A stretch of 61,959 bases of DNA, the filler included, from Choristocarpus tenellus KU-1152 (Eukaryota; Protista; Phaeophyceae): the NCBI GenBank assembly GCA_964200185.2. It is 11 parts of 11 records of this genome, joined end to end, with 100 filler letters (N's around TTAATTAATTAA, not from the genome) between each part and the next. Parts side by side here need not be neighbours in the genome. Positions count along the whole stretch, not along the records: positions 42,993 to 49,951 come from CAXNAD020006964.1; positions 50,052 to 57,141 come from CAXNAD020006722.1; positions 57,242 to 61,959 come from CAXNAD020013356.1; 8 more parts are not named here. One strand, given 5' to 3'. The notes beneath the pieces were generated by a model, which was not told the DNA's origin, did no database searches, and saw only the letters and a program-made list of their open reading frames with translations. Each line of letters starts with the position of its first letter. The first letter of the stretch is position 1. Made by a program: the position numbers and the translations under genes. This document shows, piece after piece, positions 46,801 to 58,473 of the stretch.

Positions 46801-49710
46801 AAATCCTGTGTAGGAGCTGGATGTAGGTCATGCACTTGTTCGGGTAAGCTAGCAGGAGCGCCTACGAAAATGACCATTGCACCCCAAACTCATCCACTAC
46901 TAGCAAGAGCAACTCCAACAAGTACAAACAATTTTGCTGACATGTGGAACATTCCTGATAGTTCAAGATCACCAGCTTGCATGGAGTCTCCCCTCATGGC
47001 TGTGAGTCATGTCTCATCCAAACAAGACACCATGTTTGTTTTTGCAATAGTCGAAGAGATCAGTATCAACAGTATAGATGTACAAAAATTCAATCTCAAG
47101 GAGTAATGCCTCAAACTTGATAAGAACATTGTGTCATGTGCTTGTTTGGAGGTACTATGTCGAGATGACGGGGGTCTACCCTTCAGGACAAATTCAGTCT
47201 TTGAGTAATCAAACCAGGAAGATGAGGCTAAGAGTAGGAGAAATATCCTCCGCTTCCATCACAAGTACATTTGCATGAGAGACTCACTTTGACATTGTCA
47301 ACCTTCACTTCCACTCCATCAGTCCTATCCCAGAACATGGGTCCTGGCGTGAGGTGATCCCTCAGGATTCCCTCCAAGTCATAGGTCAAATCATTCTCCA
47401 TGACACACACACTCCGCCCAAGCAGTCCCTTCTCCTCCAGGCCCTAGGTGAACAATTCGCCCTGACGGGGTTGTTTGAGTTGAGGGTTGGGGGAGGGGCA
47501 CCAGGTGAGCTGAGAGGGTAGGATGGAGTGTGGAGAGTCAAATGGTGCAGGGAAGAGACCTTACAATGGATAGAAATGTGGCTTTGACATGAAATGCATC
47601 ACAATGGGGGGGCATGCAGATTGGAGGCGCCAACAACTGGACCGACCAAAATACAGAGCCATTAATATTCCAGCCTTCTGGTTCAGCTTTCCTCTCTGTC
47701 ACAGCTTTAGATATGGCTATGATCAACGCTTCGATGCCTTAGTTGACATCTTGTTATTCATGGTCAAGGTACTAGCCATGGTCGAAGGACCAAAGTCGGT
47801 GAATGACATGTTTAGGGACTTCTAGGAAAAAGGGATGAGCTATATGAAGCCACTCACCACTTCCGCATTGTTGTTCAGTGAGTGCTAGGATGTCATCAGC
47901 ACTCGCTGTACCTACCCTCCCTCTCCCAAACCACAAAAAACCTGTTTGAGTACTACTGTGGAAAAGAGTCATGCTCATCGATGAATACGATGAGCTAGGG
48001 TTCATCAGTTTACCATCTACTCAGAACCGACTTCTCAGAACTCACTCGAAGAAAGATTTCTTGTTGGTCAGAGGCTGCAGGGCATATTTCACTACCAGTC
48101 TGCAGCAAAGCAAATTATACCTCTTGCGACACATTAGCACAGTACACTATGCATTACGTGAAGATTCCACAGGTTCAGGTCACCTCCCCCTATACTTTCA
48201 AGATCTTCAGGCTCCACATACTTTTGCTGAGGGCATACTTCCATCTGGAAGACATAGCACGAAGCAGTATGTATATTTAAGTGGAAAATATGCACATATT
48301 CAGAGCAATACCATATTTTGTGTATGTTCCATACCCACCTCCTCTGTTAGTGACAGGTTGAAGCATGCGCCGCACTGCACCTGTGCCACCTTACCTGTGA
48401 AATCCATGATCTGGGCAAACATTGGATTGCACCTGTACAGTGGCATATCAATTTTCAACACAATAATGAGACTAGGGCACTGAAAAGAAGAGTGTTGAGA
48501 GGGTATTATTCTTCACAACGTAATCCTGAGTTTTTGGACCTATGCAATCAATCGGACTAGCAGGGTTCCTGAAAAGAGTCAACGTAGTTTGCAATATTTG
48601 CACGCGGAGGGCTGTTAGAGAATCCCTTACAACCCTCAGGACCTGCACCAACTGGGGACTAATACCACTTCTTTCCCTTCTCCAGGTGTTAGCAAGTACT
48701 GTATTTTGCTTTAACACTTAAGGACGAGAACATTCACACAGGGGTCACATGCCAGGCAAGTGATAAAATGAACACAAGGAACACTTGTGTCACTCGGGTG
48801 ATTACATGAAGGAATCTACCACATTAGTAGCAGAGGGTCAGTTGAAGAGAGATATTTTCTCCTCCACCCTCCACCCCAATATATACATATATAGAGAGAT
48901 ATAGGTATATATATTGGCATCCCTAGACATTGGACTCAAGGTTACCTCCAGTCTTCTCTAGACTATATTTATGGTCAAGACAGGTGAACTCTGTTGACAA
49001 GTAACTTCTCTGAACGTGCACAATGAGGGCTAGCACTGCTCTCTTCTTCTCTCACCTTATCTCTGTGGTCACTCCATCCAAAAACATGTCTGGATAAGCA
49101 CATAGCAAGGGATTGGAACTCTCTCGAGGCTACCTGCAAAACGATCTCGCCTGTCAGAACTCCTTCCACCTTGTGAGAGACAGACCAGAGCAGTGTGAGC
49201 ATGATATGAGGGTGGACACACAGAGTTGGGGCAAGGACAAGTACCCTGGGCAGGGGTAGACTTGTTTTAGGGTAGTAGCAACCACTTGCAAATAGGCCAT
49301 TCAAAATGAAACAGTGTCTTCCCCCAAGGTTGCAGGGAGAAACACACGACATCATGTGAACTCCCCTTTCTCATGTAAGTTATGCTTATCCTCAAGAAAG
49401 AGTATGTTACTATCCTATGCCATTGTGCTATGAGTCAACATATTATATGAACCGAAATCAACTGCCCAGATTGTTAACGCATAGTAGCTAATATCGATTT
49501 CGTTGCACATCGATCAATTTTCATCTGGGCAGTGATATGCAACAAAATTTTGTCCCAGATATATGCAAAAAATATAAGTGTAGGTTAAAACGCTGGGCAC
49601 TTCCCTAAACATGGTTTGAGTGAGGAAGGACCAGTCATATCATGACAAAAGATTGCCGAAGCTGAAAAAAATCCAAAGTCTGAACACAGAGTCATTTGAA
49701 GATGTGAATA

Positions 49711-49890
49711 AGGTCAAAGTATCTGGGGGGGGAGGGTGGTTTGAGAGGGGGCGTCCGTTTCGGTCAAACAACTCTTTTTTTTCCTGACATTTCAAATCCG
49801 ACACGTGGGACCAAATCACACCAAAAAGTGAAAATCGAAAAAAGGGTGAAAAACAGACGTCGACACCCCCCCCCCCAAATACCTTGACCC
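49711..49890. mobile_element. Family A MITE, full-length 180 bp, 4-bp TSD AATA (Sola2-like)
   Basis: AATA|AGGTCAAAGTATCTGGGGGGGG ... CCCCCCCCAAATACCTTGACCC|AATA. Confidence 0.9.
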
Positions 49891-49951
49891 AATAATAACA
49901 AATTGATGCTGATACAAATCAGAGGTTTACACACTGTTAAAGCAAAGCAAA

Positions 49952-50051
49952 NNNNNNNNNNNNNNNNNNNNNNNNNNNNNNNNNNNNNNNNNNNNTTAAT
50001 TAATTAANNNNNNNNNNNNNNNNNNNNNNNNNNNNNNNNNNNNNNNNNNNN
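49952..50051. other. Artificial contig linker 9
   Basis: Same spacer. Confidence 0.99.
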
Positions 50052-50337
50052 GTGATGGTATGTTATGTTGATGTTGATGGTATGGTGATGTTGATGTTGA
50101 TGGTATGGTGATGGTGATGGTATGGTATGTTGATGTTGATGGTATGTTGATGGTATGGTGATGGTATGGTATGTTGATGTTGATGGTATGGTATGTTGAT
50201 GTTGATGGTATGGTATGTTGATGTTGATGGTATGGTGATGTTGATGTTGATGGTATGTTGATGTTGATGGTATGGTATGTTGATGTTGATGTTGATGTTG
50301 ATGTTGATGGTATGGTATGTTGATGTTGATGGTATGG
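50052..50337. repeat. Compound microsatellite (GATGTT / GATGGT / ATGGT)
   Basis: Direct reading; source of the spurious HTININI and MLMLML ORFs. Confidence 0.95.
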
Positions 50338-51225
50338 GAGTATGCACTGTCCGTGTCCCCCTTTTCACAATTAATTTTTTTTTCATGATTGAAAAAAATA
50401 AAAAAATAGTTTTCTCTTTTTTAGATGGTTTGTTCATGAATTATATTTTGGTCATATTTTTTTATTGTTGTAAAGTTTACATTATTTTTGTTTTTATTAG
50501 CCTCGACCTGGTTGGCCTGTGTTTGCAGTGGTGTACGGTGATACTATTTTTAACTAACTCTTTTGTTTGTAAAGCCCTAACCTGATTAGCCTCTATGTAT
50601 TGTTTTTTTTATAATTCATTTATGTTTTTGTTCATTTTTAAACTCCTTTCTTTTAACCATTTGTTATGTATCCACTTCATTTTTGGCTAAAACATAACAG
50701 CATACATCGTTCTGGTACTCAATCTGAACAGAACAAACAATATGCGTATTGATTTTGAAAAGAAATAAACAATAATAAGGATTGAATCAAATGTTCAAAA
50801 ATGTTTCATACATTTAAAAAACAAACAAATGAATACAATCCATCTGTGAGCAGTTCTAGCTTTAATGTAATATAAATAATGATTTAAAATCAAATATTCA
50901 AAAATATTTCATGTGTTTGAAAAACATGTTACTTATAATTTGTTTTGTTGATGGTACTGGATGGAGGGAATAAACACCTCCGAACTACCCAACCTCCACC
51001 CTGCACCAGAGAGAGGAGAAACAGCAAGTAGATTGCATTTATTGTATTGTATTTATTGTAACAAACGCGTTGAATCAAATATCCACTTACTTGAATAATC
51101 AGGAATGGTGTGACATGATAGGACAGGATATCCTTGGTTTAATCCCATGTTGAAGTAAAGCAAGTCCAGGCTGTCACCCTCTGTGTGCTGTTGATATGGT
51201 GTGATAATGTTTTCAATCTTTTTCA

Positions 51226-51253
51226 AGGGTTAGGGTTAGGGTTAGGGTTAGGG
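51226..51253 (+). repeat. Interstitial (TTAGGG)n run (one of about ten in contigs 1, 10 and 11)
   Basis: AGGGTTAGGGTTAGGGTTAGGGTTAGGG. Others near 104, 51994, 52291, 53826, 55666, 59273 (-), 59961 (-), 60543 and 61455. Confidence 0.9.
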
Positions 51254-51492
51254 ATAGCAATCTTCGACAGGCGTGTGTAGTGACACAGTTCAGCAGATCA
51301 ATATATATATATATATTGTTTTGGTTTTAGTCATTCGTTCATGAAATTTTTGTAGTGAGTAGGCAGGCATGTCAACCTGTCTCAGGAGCTAATCTGCTAG
51401 GTATTCTCTAAAATTCTGTGATTTGTTTTATTGGGTGAGTGTGAGAGGGTAGGAATGCTCTGTAAGGAATGTCGAGAGCATGTTCTGAGAGT

Positions 51493-51791
51493 TGTTACTA
51501 ATTGTTACTAATTGTCACTAGTTATTACTAATTGTTACTAATTGTCACTAGTTATTACTAATTGTTACTAATTGTCACTAGTTATTACTAATTGTCACTA
51601 GTTGTCACTAGTTATTACTAATTGTTACTAATTGTCACTAGTTATTACTAATTGTTACTAATTGTCACTAATTGTTACTAATTGTCACTAGTTATTACTA
51701 ATTGTCACTAATTGTCACTATTTATTACTAATTGTTACTAATTGTCACTATTTATTACTAATTGTTACTAATTGTCACTAGTTATTACTAA
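51493..51791. repeat. 10-bp minisatellite, ~30 units with 30-bp higher-order pattern
   Basis: Units ATTGTTACTA / ATTGTCACTA / GTTATTACTA, mostly cycling in that order. Confidence 0.95.
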
Positions 51792-52919
51792 CCGTGACGG
51801 TGTTGAACGCTCTCTCATTAAAAAAAAGAAAGTTACCTGGTGAATTATTGGAGTGATGAACTGTTAATTGTAGACTAGCGTTGTCAATACATAGTATGTA
51901 ATAGGTAGGCGTTGTTTGCCCATGAGAACGCCTTCCATGAAATTATTGCATCAACTGCTGGATGGAAGGCATTCTCCTCCTTTTAAACCCGATTTAGGGT
52001 TAGGGTTGTGGTTGATTGATTGCTGGCATTGATGTGTCCGACAGGGCCTACTTACTCTTGATGGTAGTCCTACCTACTCTTGATGGTAGTCCTGAACGTG
52101 ACTGACTGTCCTTTACTCTGATATACTGATTTGTGCTGTATTAGTAATGCAGTATATTAGATTTGGAATGTTAAGTGTTACACTTTGTCACTGTTGTTCT
52201 TGATGGACTTTGAAGTACGTGGATGCTGAAAATTCTGAGAATATTCTTTGATGAGCCTGTATGCTGTGAGTTACGAGAGGGAGTTATCACGGTTAGGGTT
52301 AGGGTTAGGGTTGGTTTGTGTTATTGTTATCATTTTTTTATTTATTTCTATTACTGTATGTGCATGTTACCATTATTGAGTTGATTTATGTTTCTATTAC
52401 TGTATGTGCATGTTATCATTGTTCTTTTGGTTACATTGTTTATTGTGTGTGTGTGTATTATAATTATTATTTTTTTGTTACGTATTATTTTTTTCAATGT
52501 TTTTTGTTGTGTGTATATAATAATTATTTTTATTACATTTTTATTGTGTGCACATATTATCATTATTAGTTTATTTTTGTCACTATTTCGGTTCCATTGA
52601 ACAAGAAAAATATTAGAAACAGGGTGTTTAGTGTGCAATGTTTCTTATTTTTTGTTTCTACTATTGTTCAAGTGGTGATTTCTACTTAACAATTCATTTC
52701 CATTTGAAATTAATCTAAAACTAGAGATAGATGATCCACATGTGAAGTGGGTAGTACGTAATCTCTGTGATGAATGGCCCACTAAATCAGATATGAATAG
52801 TATTTATGTTGAGATTTTACAGGAAATAAAAAAATGTATTGATTTATTGTTTGTCTCAACCTACAGGTCATACATAATCACCCCCCCCCAATAAAGATAG
52901 ATTATCAACATACTTACAA

Positions 52920-52957
<38 letters not shown>

Positions 52958-52992
52958 GTTATTATTATTATTAACATTTTGAAAAAAAATAG

Positions 52993-55546
52993 GTGTGGCT
53001 GCCGCTTCATGCCCGCCTACTACGATGAGATACTGAGTCTTGAAAGTACTGCCAAAGAAGGAGTGCATCGCATGGATGTGGAGCTATTTGCCTTCAAGTC
53101 TTCTTGGGATGTTGTCAAGGCCTGCAGTAGGTGAGTGTGGGCAGTTGGGTTAGTGGATACACTGATCAAGAGCAGCAGCAGCAGCAGCAGTGGTAGTAGT
53201 AGTATTTAAAGGGTATCATTTTTATTATTATAGGGATAGGGCTATTAGTGTGGTTTTGTTGAATGTGGCTATTTTGTTTTTCTATTTTGAGATTAGTGCA
53301 GAGGTGTAGGTGCTTGTAATTCGAATATTTAAAGTGAAGAAATAAATTGTGTGTGTGTATGTGTTTTTATTTTTTATTTTTTGAAGAACGAATTGTTATT
53401 AAAAGAGTTTTTCTGTGTGATCTTTGTGGGGTAGGGGGAATTTTTTTTTTGTATTTTTGTTTTCTTTTTTTAAAGCTTTGATAAAATATTTCTTAGGAAA
53501 TAAGGTGCATACTGTAACTGTAACTGTAACTAAATATTGTAGGGTTCTTACTTTAATTTTAAAAAAAGCATTTGACCTTTAAATTTTAATTGCTATATAA
53601 AAAAAAAACTTGACCTTTCCTCTCATCGGCATATTAATTTTTATTTTTTTAGGTGGGTGTCTTTCTACACCCTTTATTTAGTTGTGGAAGGGAGGAAGGA
53701 CCTTTTTTTTTCTTAAAAAACGGAGGAAAATTTTACCTTTTTTATTTTTTTGGAATGGCTGACTGTCAATGAATGGAATGAATATTGTATATAGGAGGAG
53801 GAAACCTTGAATGTTAGTATTGAATGTTAGGGTTAGGGTTGGTGGTATCATTTTGTACATACTTAACCTTTTGGTGTATGACAAGTCCTTCCTCACGCCC
53901 ACAATTCAAAAATGCAACTTTCCCTTTGATGAGAAAGACACTAACTACTTAAATTGACAAAAAAAAATACAAGGAATATAAAAAAAATGAAGTGGAAAAT
54001 AAAAATGAATGCGCATAAAATTAAAATGAATGTACATAAAATTTAAATGAATGTACATAAAATTTAAATGAATGTACATAAAATTTAAATGAATGTATTG
54101 TTGTAGAAACTCGCATGTTTGTGCATTGACCTGAATTTGTATGTTGTTGGCATGCATCATCTAAAGCCTTTGCAGATACTACCTAGTTCAACGATCTCTT
54201 TTGTTAGATGTCAGTTATATTTTGAATGATATTCAAGTGCTTTCAACTTTCCTTACTCAGAACTAGATTAACTAGATCGTATTTCAGGTTCCTTAATGAC
54301 TTAGCCGTGAATTGATTGCTTCAGTTTTTTTTAATAGATGAGTGCTACATGTGCTTTGATTCTTTATTGTGCGTGTAAGGTGTGGAGGAGGATGCCATCC
54401 TGTTCTCTAAAAAAGCTCACTGAACAAGCCTTGCTAATCGATTTTGAATAATATATATATCTCTCTCTATATATATATAGAGAGATTCATTTGACAGACA
54501 AGGAAAAGAGTGATATTTTCTGTTCTGTTCTGTTTTTTTGTTCTGAGAATGTTCTGAGAGTGTTCTTCTTGTCCACTCTCTTTTCCTTTTTCCTTTGTCC
54601 CCTCGCAGAAAATAGAAATAAAGGAAAATGAGTTTACCTTCAAAATCTGTAAAGGAGGACATGATGTATGTCTTGTGAATACCATCCCTATCACCACAAT
54701 ATTGTCTATTTGAATAAGAGCTTTACAAATAAAAAATAAAGAATCATGGATTCGTTGTAACAGGATGTAATTTATTTGTGGTAAAATGTATGATAACATT
54801 ACTAGATAACAAACCGTCGATTTTTTAAATTTGTAAATTGATGTGTGTGGACGGGGGTACGATGTAGTACGTGTCTGTGGGATGTTTCTTTTTTTTAATC
54901 TTTTTAGTGTTCTCTCATATATAGTAAATGTTTTATTATATATATATATTTTTCTCACAATTTGTTGTTGGCAGTGGGCAAATTTAAATATTTTATTATT
55001 ATTAGATTAGTGACAGAGGGGTTTAATTTAATGATAAGGTCAGAAAAAATAGTACACAAAAAAAGATACAAAGATTTTTTTTTAGTTTTTCTTTTTTAGT
55101 ATTTTTCTAAATTTTTTTTAGTTATTATATTTGAGTGTTTGTTTGGTTTGGACAGGGGGGTTCTAAATCTCGCCAAGAGTATGTTTTTTTTTTAATGAGC
55201 GGGTTGTGGAAGGCTTGTTTTTATTAAGTTGTGTATCTTTTCTTGCATTTTTATATATTATTTTTCCTTTTTTTTTTGGTTGTCAAAAAAAAAATCAAAA
55301 ACCTATCAGGTACCACACTAACATCTTGGGTGAGTCTGGACCGGATCTATCTCCACAAGACCTGGCAGGCGTTCGACAGGGAAGGGCTGACACCTCCAGG
55401 CACCTGGCTGGTCTCATGGACTTTGCCCTTGCCAGGCTGCTTATGTATGCTGAACTGAGGGGACGGGAAGAAGGATTGGGTCTGGTTGAAGGGGTGGGGG
55501 GTGGGGGAATAATGAGTTCAAGAGTGTGGGAGCTTCATAAAAATGG
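52993..55546 (+). CDS. Two internal exons of an unidentified protein
   Basis: Exons 52993-53130 (TAG acceptor, GTGAGT donor) and 55310-55546 (CAG acceptor, GTAAGG donor), both phase 2-2, join to CGCRFMPAYYDEILSLESTAKEGVHRMDVELFAFKSSWDVVKACSRYHTNILGESGPDLSPQDLAGVRQGRADTSRHLAGLMDFALARLLMYAELRGREEG... Both are GC-rich islands in AT-rich introns. Confidence 0.72.
54003..54097. repeat. 21-bp tandem repeat, ~4.5 copies (intronic)
   Basis: Unit AAATGAATGTACATAAAATTT. Confidence 0.9.
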
Positions 55547-56550
55547 GTAAGGCGTGCGTACGTGTTTGTGTATGTGTATGTGCTTTTTTAGTTTTGATGA
55601 AAGGGGAATTCTGGTTAGTGTAGACCCTTTTGGGGGGGAATGAGTTTTTGTTTCTTGTTTAGAGAGGGTTAGGGTTAGGGTTAGTAGCTTCGGAGGAGTT
55701 GGGAGATATGATGAGGAGAAGAAATAAAATGGTGGTGGTCAGGGACATCAATGTAGTAAATAAATCTGTTGAACTTCGATTTTGAGGATGAATCACAGAT
55801 TCCTGTCAACCAGGGATGGCAGGATCAGTGGATCAATGTGATGATATAAGGTACACTGATAATACACATATGTACATACAAATTGAGGTATATATTCAGT
55901 ACCTCATACCATGATAAGGCTGTTTCACAGTAGTTCGATAGTTGGTTCGTTAGTCATACCATTCTACCGATTGGTTTAGTTATATGCCCAGCTCCCTTTG
56001 GTTGTATGTACTGTTTGGTGTTTTTGGTGTGTCTTGTATCTTGTCGTTTGGGTAGGGGGGAGGGGTGTGTAGTGAAAAATGTTCTGAGAAATGAGTACAG
56101 GGAGTGTTCATGTGTTTCTTTTTTTTACTGTTTATGAATGCTCTACACACACACACACACAAACACACACACATAATACATATATAGTGATAACTGTTGG
56201 AGATGGTTCATGAACTGCTGCTGCTACTACTATTGTTAAAAAAAAAAGAGATTGAAAAATAAAAATATGTATTGATGTTTGCACTGAAAATGCGTGGCCT
56301 CTAGCGTTTGATATTTTACTTTTTATTGTGTTTTTTTCGTATTTCTTCGTATTTTTTAGTACCTTCTCTTTTTTTCATTATTTTCTTGTCTGTGCATGTC
56401 TGCATAACTCTTAGTAGTACAATTAAATCGGGTTTCGGTTCAGTAGGCGTTATGGTTCAACTGATGGGGTACAATGTTTTTTTATATATATGTTTGAGGA
56501 ATCAATTAACTCACAATACCGCCTGCAGTTAAAGAAAACAAACTAAAATA

Positions 56551-56860
56551 GGGTTAGTGTTAGTGTTAGTGTTAGTATTAGTGTTAGTATTAGTGTTCAT
56601 GTTAGAGTTAATGTCAGTGTTAGTGTTAGTATTAGTGTTAGTGTTCATGTTAGTGTTAGTATTACTGTTAGTGTTAGTATTAGTGTGAGTGTTAATGTTA
56701 GTATTTGTATTAGTTTTAGTGTTAGTGTTAGTGTTAGTGTTAATGTCAGTGTTAGTCTTAGTGTTAATGTTAGTATTAGTCTTAGTGTTAATGTTAGTGT
56801 TAGTATTAGTCTTAGTGTTAATGTTAGTATTAGTGTTGCTGTTAGTGTTAGTGTTAGTGT
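56551..56860. repeat. Hexamer satellite (TTAGTG and variants)
   Basis: Begins GGGTTAGTGTTAGTG; variants TTAGTA, TTAATG, TTAGTC. Source of the LTLTLT, VSVSV and VLVLVL ORFs. Confidence 0.95.
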
Positions 56861-57141
56861 GGTACCTCTCTGCAGACTGTCCTTTAAAAAAAAAAATGAA
56901 AATTGGGAAGAATTTTTTTTCAATATTTATTATTTATATTTATCAACACGCTGAGGCGAAGAAGAGAGTCCTTATTTAAGTGTTGGTAACCCTTAAGGGT
57001 TGTGTCATTTTTTTTTGGATGCTAACTACCCTTTGTTCTATCTCTCTACATATATTTATATATATATATGTAGCAGTCCCCGAGAAATCAGGGTATCTTT
57101 GAGAATACCTCCCCCCCCCCCCCCCCCCCCCCTAAGACCCC

Positions 57142-57241
57142 NNNNNNNNNNNNNNNNNNNNNNNNNNNNNNNNNNNNNNNNNNNNTTAATTAATTAANNN
57201 NNNNNNNNNNNNNNNNNNNNNNNNNNNNNNNNNNNNNNNNN
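57142..57241. other. Artificial contig linker 10
   Basis: Same spacer. Confidence 0.99.
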
Positions 57242-58473
57242 GGGGGGGGGGGGGGGGGGGGAGGGGGATGAGCACCCACCCTCAGAACTTGGACAGTGAT
57301 TCCTCCAAATTTGTATCGTAGAAGGTACCCTTAATAGTATAGTTTTTCACAAAAAAAAACTCACTTCTCAGAACGACAATTTGACATAAGGCTTGTATAA
57401 TTGGTTTCCTTCCCAAGACACAAAGCCTGGAACCTATATGGCATCTACAATAATCTGCGCCTAGCTTGCAATATCTCCCAACCAGCCTCATTAACTCTTG
57501 AGAGGAGTCTCCAGACCCCAACATCAATACCTGTCTTCTTTCAGAGCATGATGCTCACCCTCATAACTCCTAAACTCCTGGAGGTTCTACAAGTAACTCA
57601 ACAAGATTTGTGGAAAAGTCGATAACATTTTAATAGTTACCCTCAACAGATTCAGTTCCTCCTGGAACAAACTGACAACAGGCATGATGACAACCACAAT
57701 TGATGTCTAGTACATTACCCACATGATTAGACATCCAGGTCAACTGCTACTTCCCTCAAGTTGATAGAAACTTGACAGGTATTTTGCAGTATCCATAACT
57801 GTCACTATTTGCTGCTACACCAGTCCTGCCTCAACACCTTTGGAAATATCAATGGGTTTCAATCTTTCTCAAAGATAACCTGTCTAAATGAGCACTGCAT
57901 ATACTTTGGGACACCAAAATTCCTAATGCTTGCACAATATGATCCCTAAAATGGCGTAAGGGAGAACCACCTCTACAAGTCCCCTTGACAGTAACTGGGC
58001 AGCAACATTCTCTTTCTAGTCAATCATTCCTGGGTCGATCAGAGGCTTGATGCATCATGTCAGTAGGCACACCCTTTCCCCACCAAATGTATGCATCATA
58101 CGTAATCATACATGACAGGTGCGTACACCTTAGACATTAAAAAGACATAGCTACAAAGGCACAGCTTCAGCAAAAAGAATAGGGTGCCCTCAGGTACATG
58201 GTGAACAAGATGAGAACAAATATCAATAGAAAAAAAATACTCAAAACTTGCAGTCACATATCATAATATCATATATAACAAATATCATCAAGTACCGAAC
58301 AGGTCCTGTTGCTTCAAATTTCACAATCTCATACACAAAGCAAAGTCACAAGTAGCTGATACTACACAGAGCCCCTGAATCAAGACTATTCTGAAGTCAC
58401 GGTGGTTACTTCAGTGGCAAAGCAATCAAAACAAGTTGTGGTAATGGCCATGAGGACGTTCCACCACACCCAC

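Noticed and set aside
50063-50585. ORFs with HTININI / MLMLML repeats
   Set aside because: Translations of a microsatellite.
52318-53068. Hydrophobic and poly-Asn ORFs
   Set aside because: AT-rich intron and (TTA)n low complexity; the real exon is 52993-53130 on the plus strand.
56645-56979. LTLTLT, VSVSV and VLVLVL ORFs
   Set aside because: Translations of the TTAGTG satellite.
5100-57241. Regularly recurring palindrome TTAATTAATTAA as a biological repeat or CRISPR-like array
   Set aside because: Always centred in exactly 44+44 N; it is an assembly spacer.
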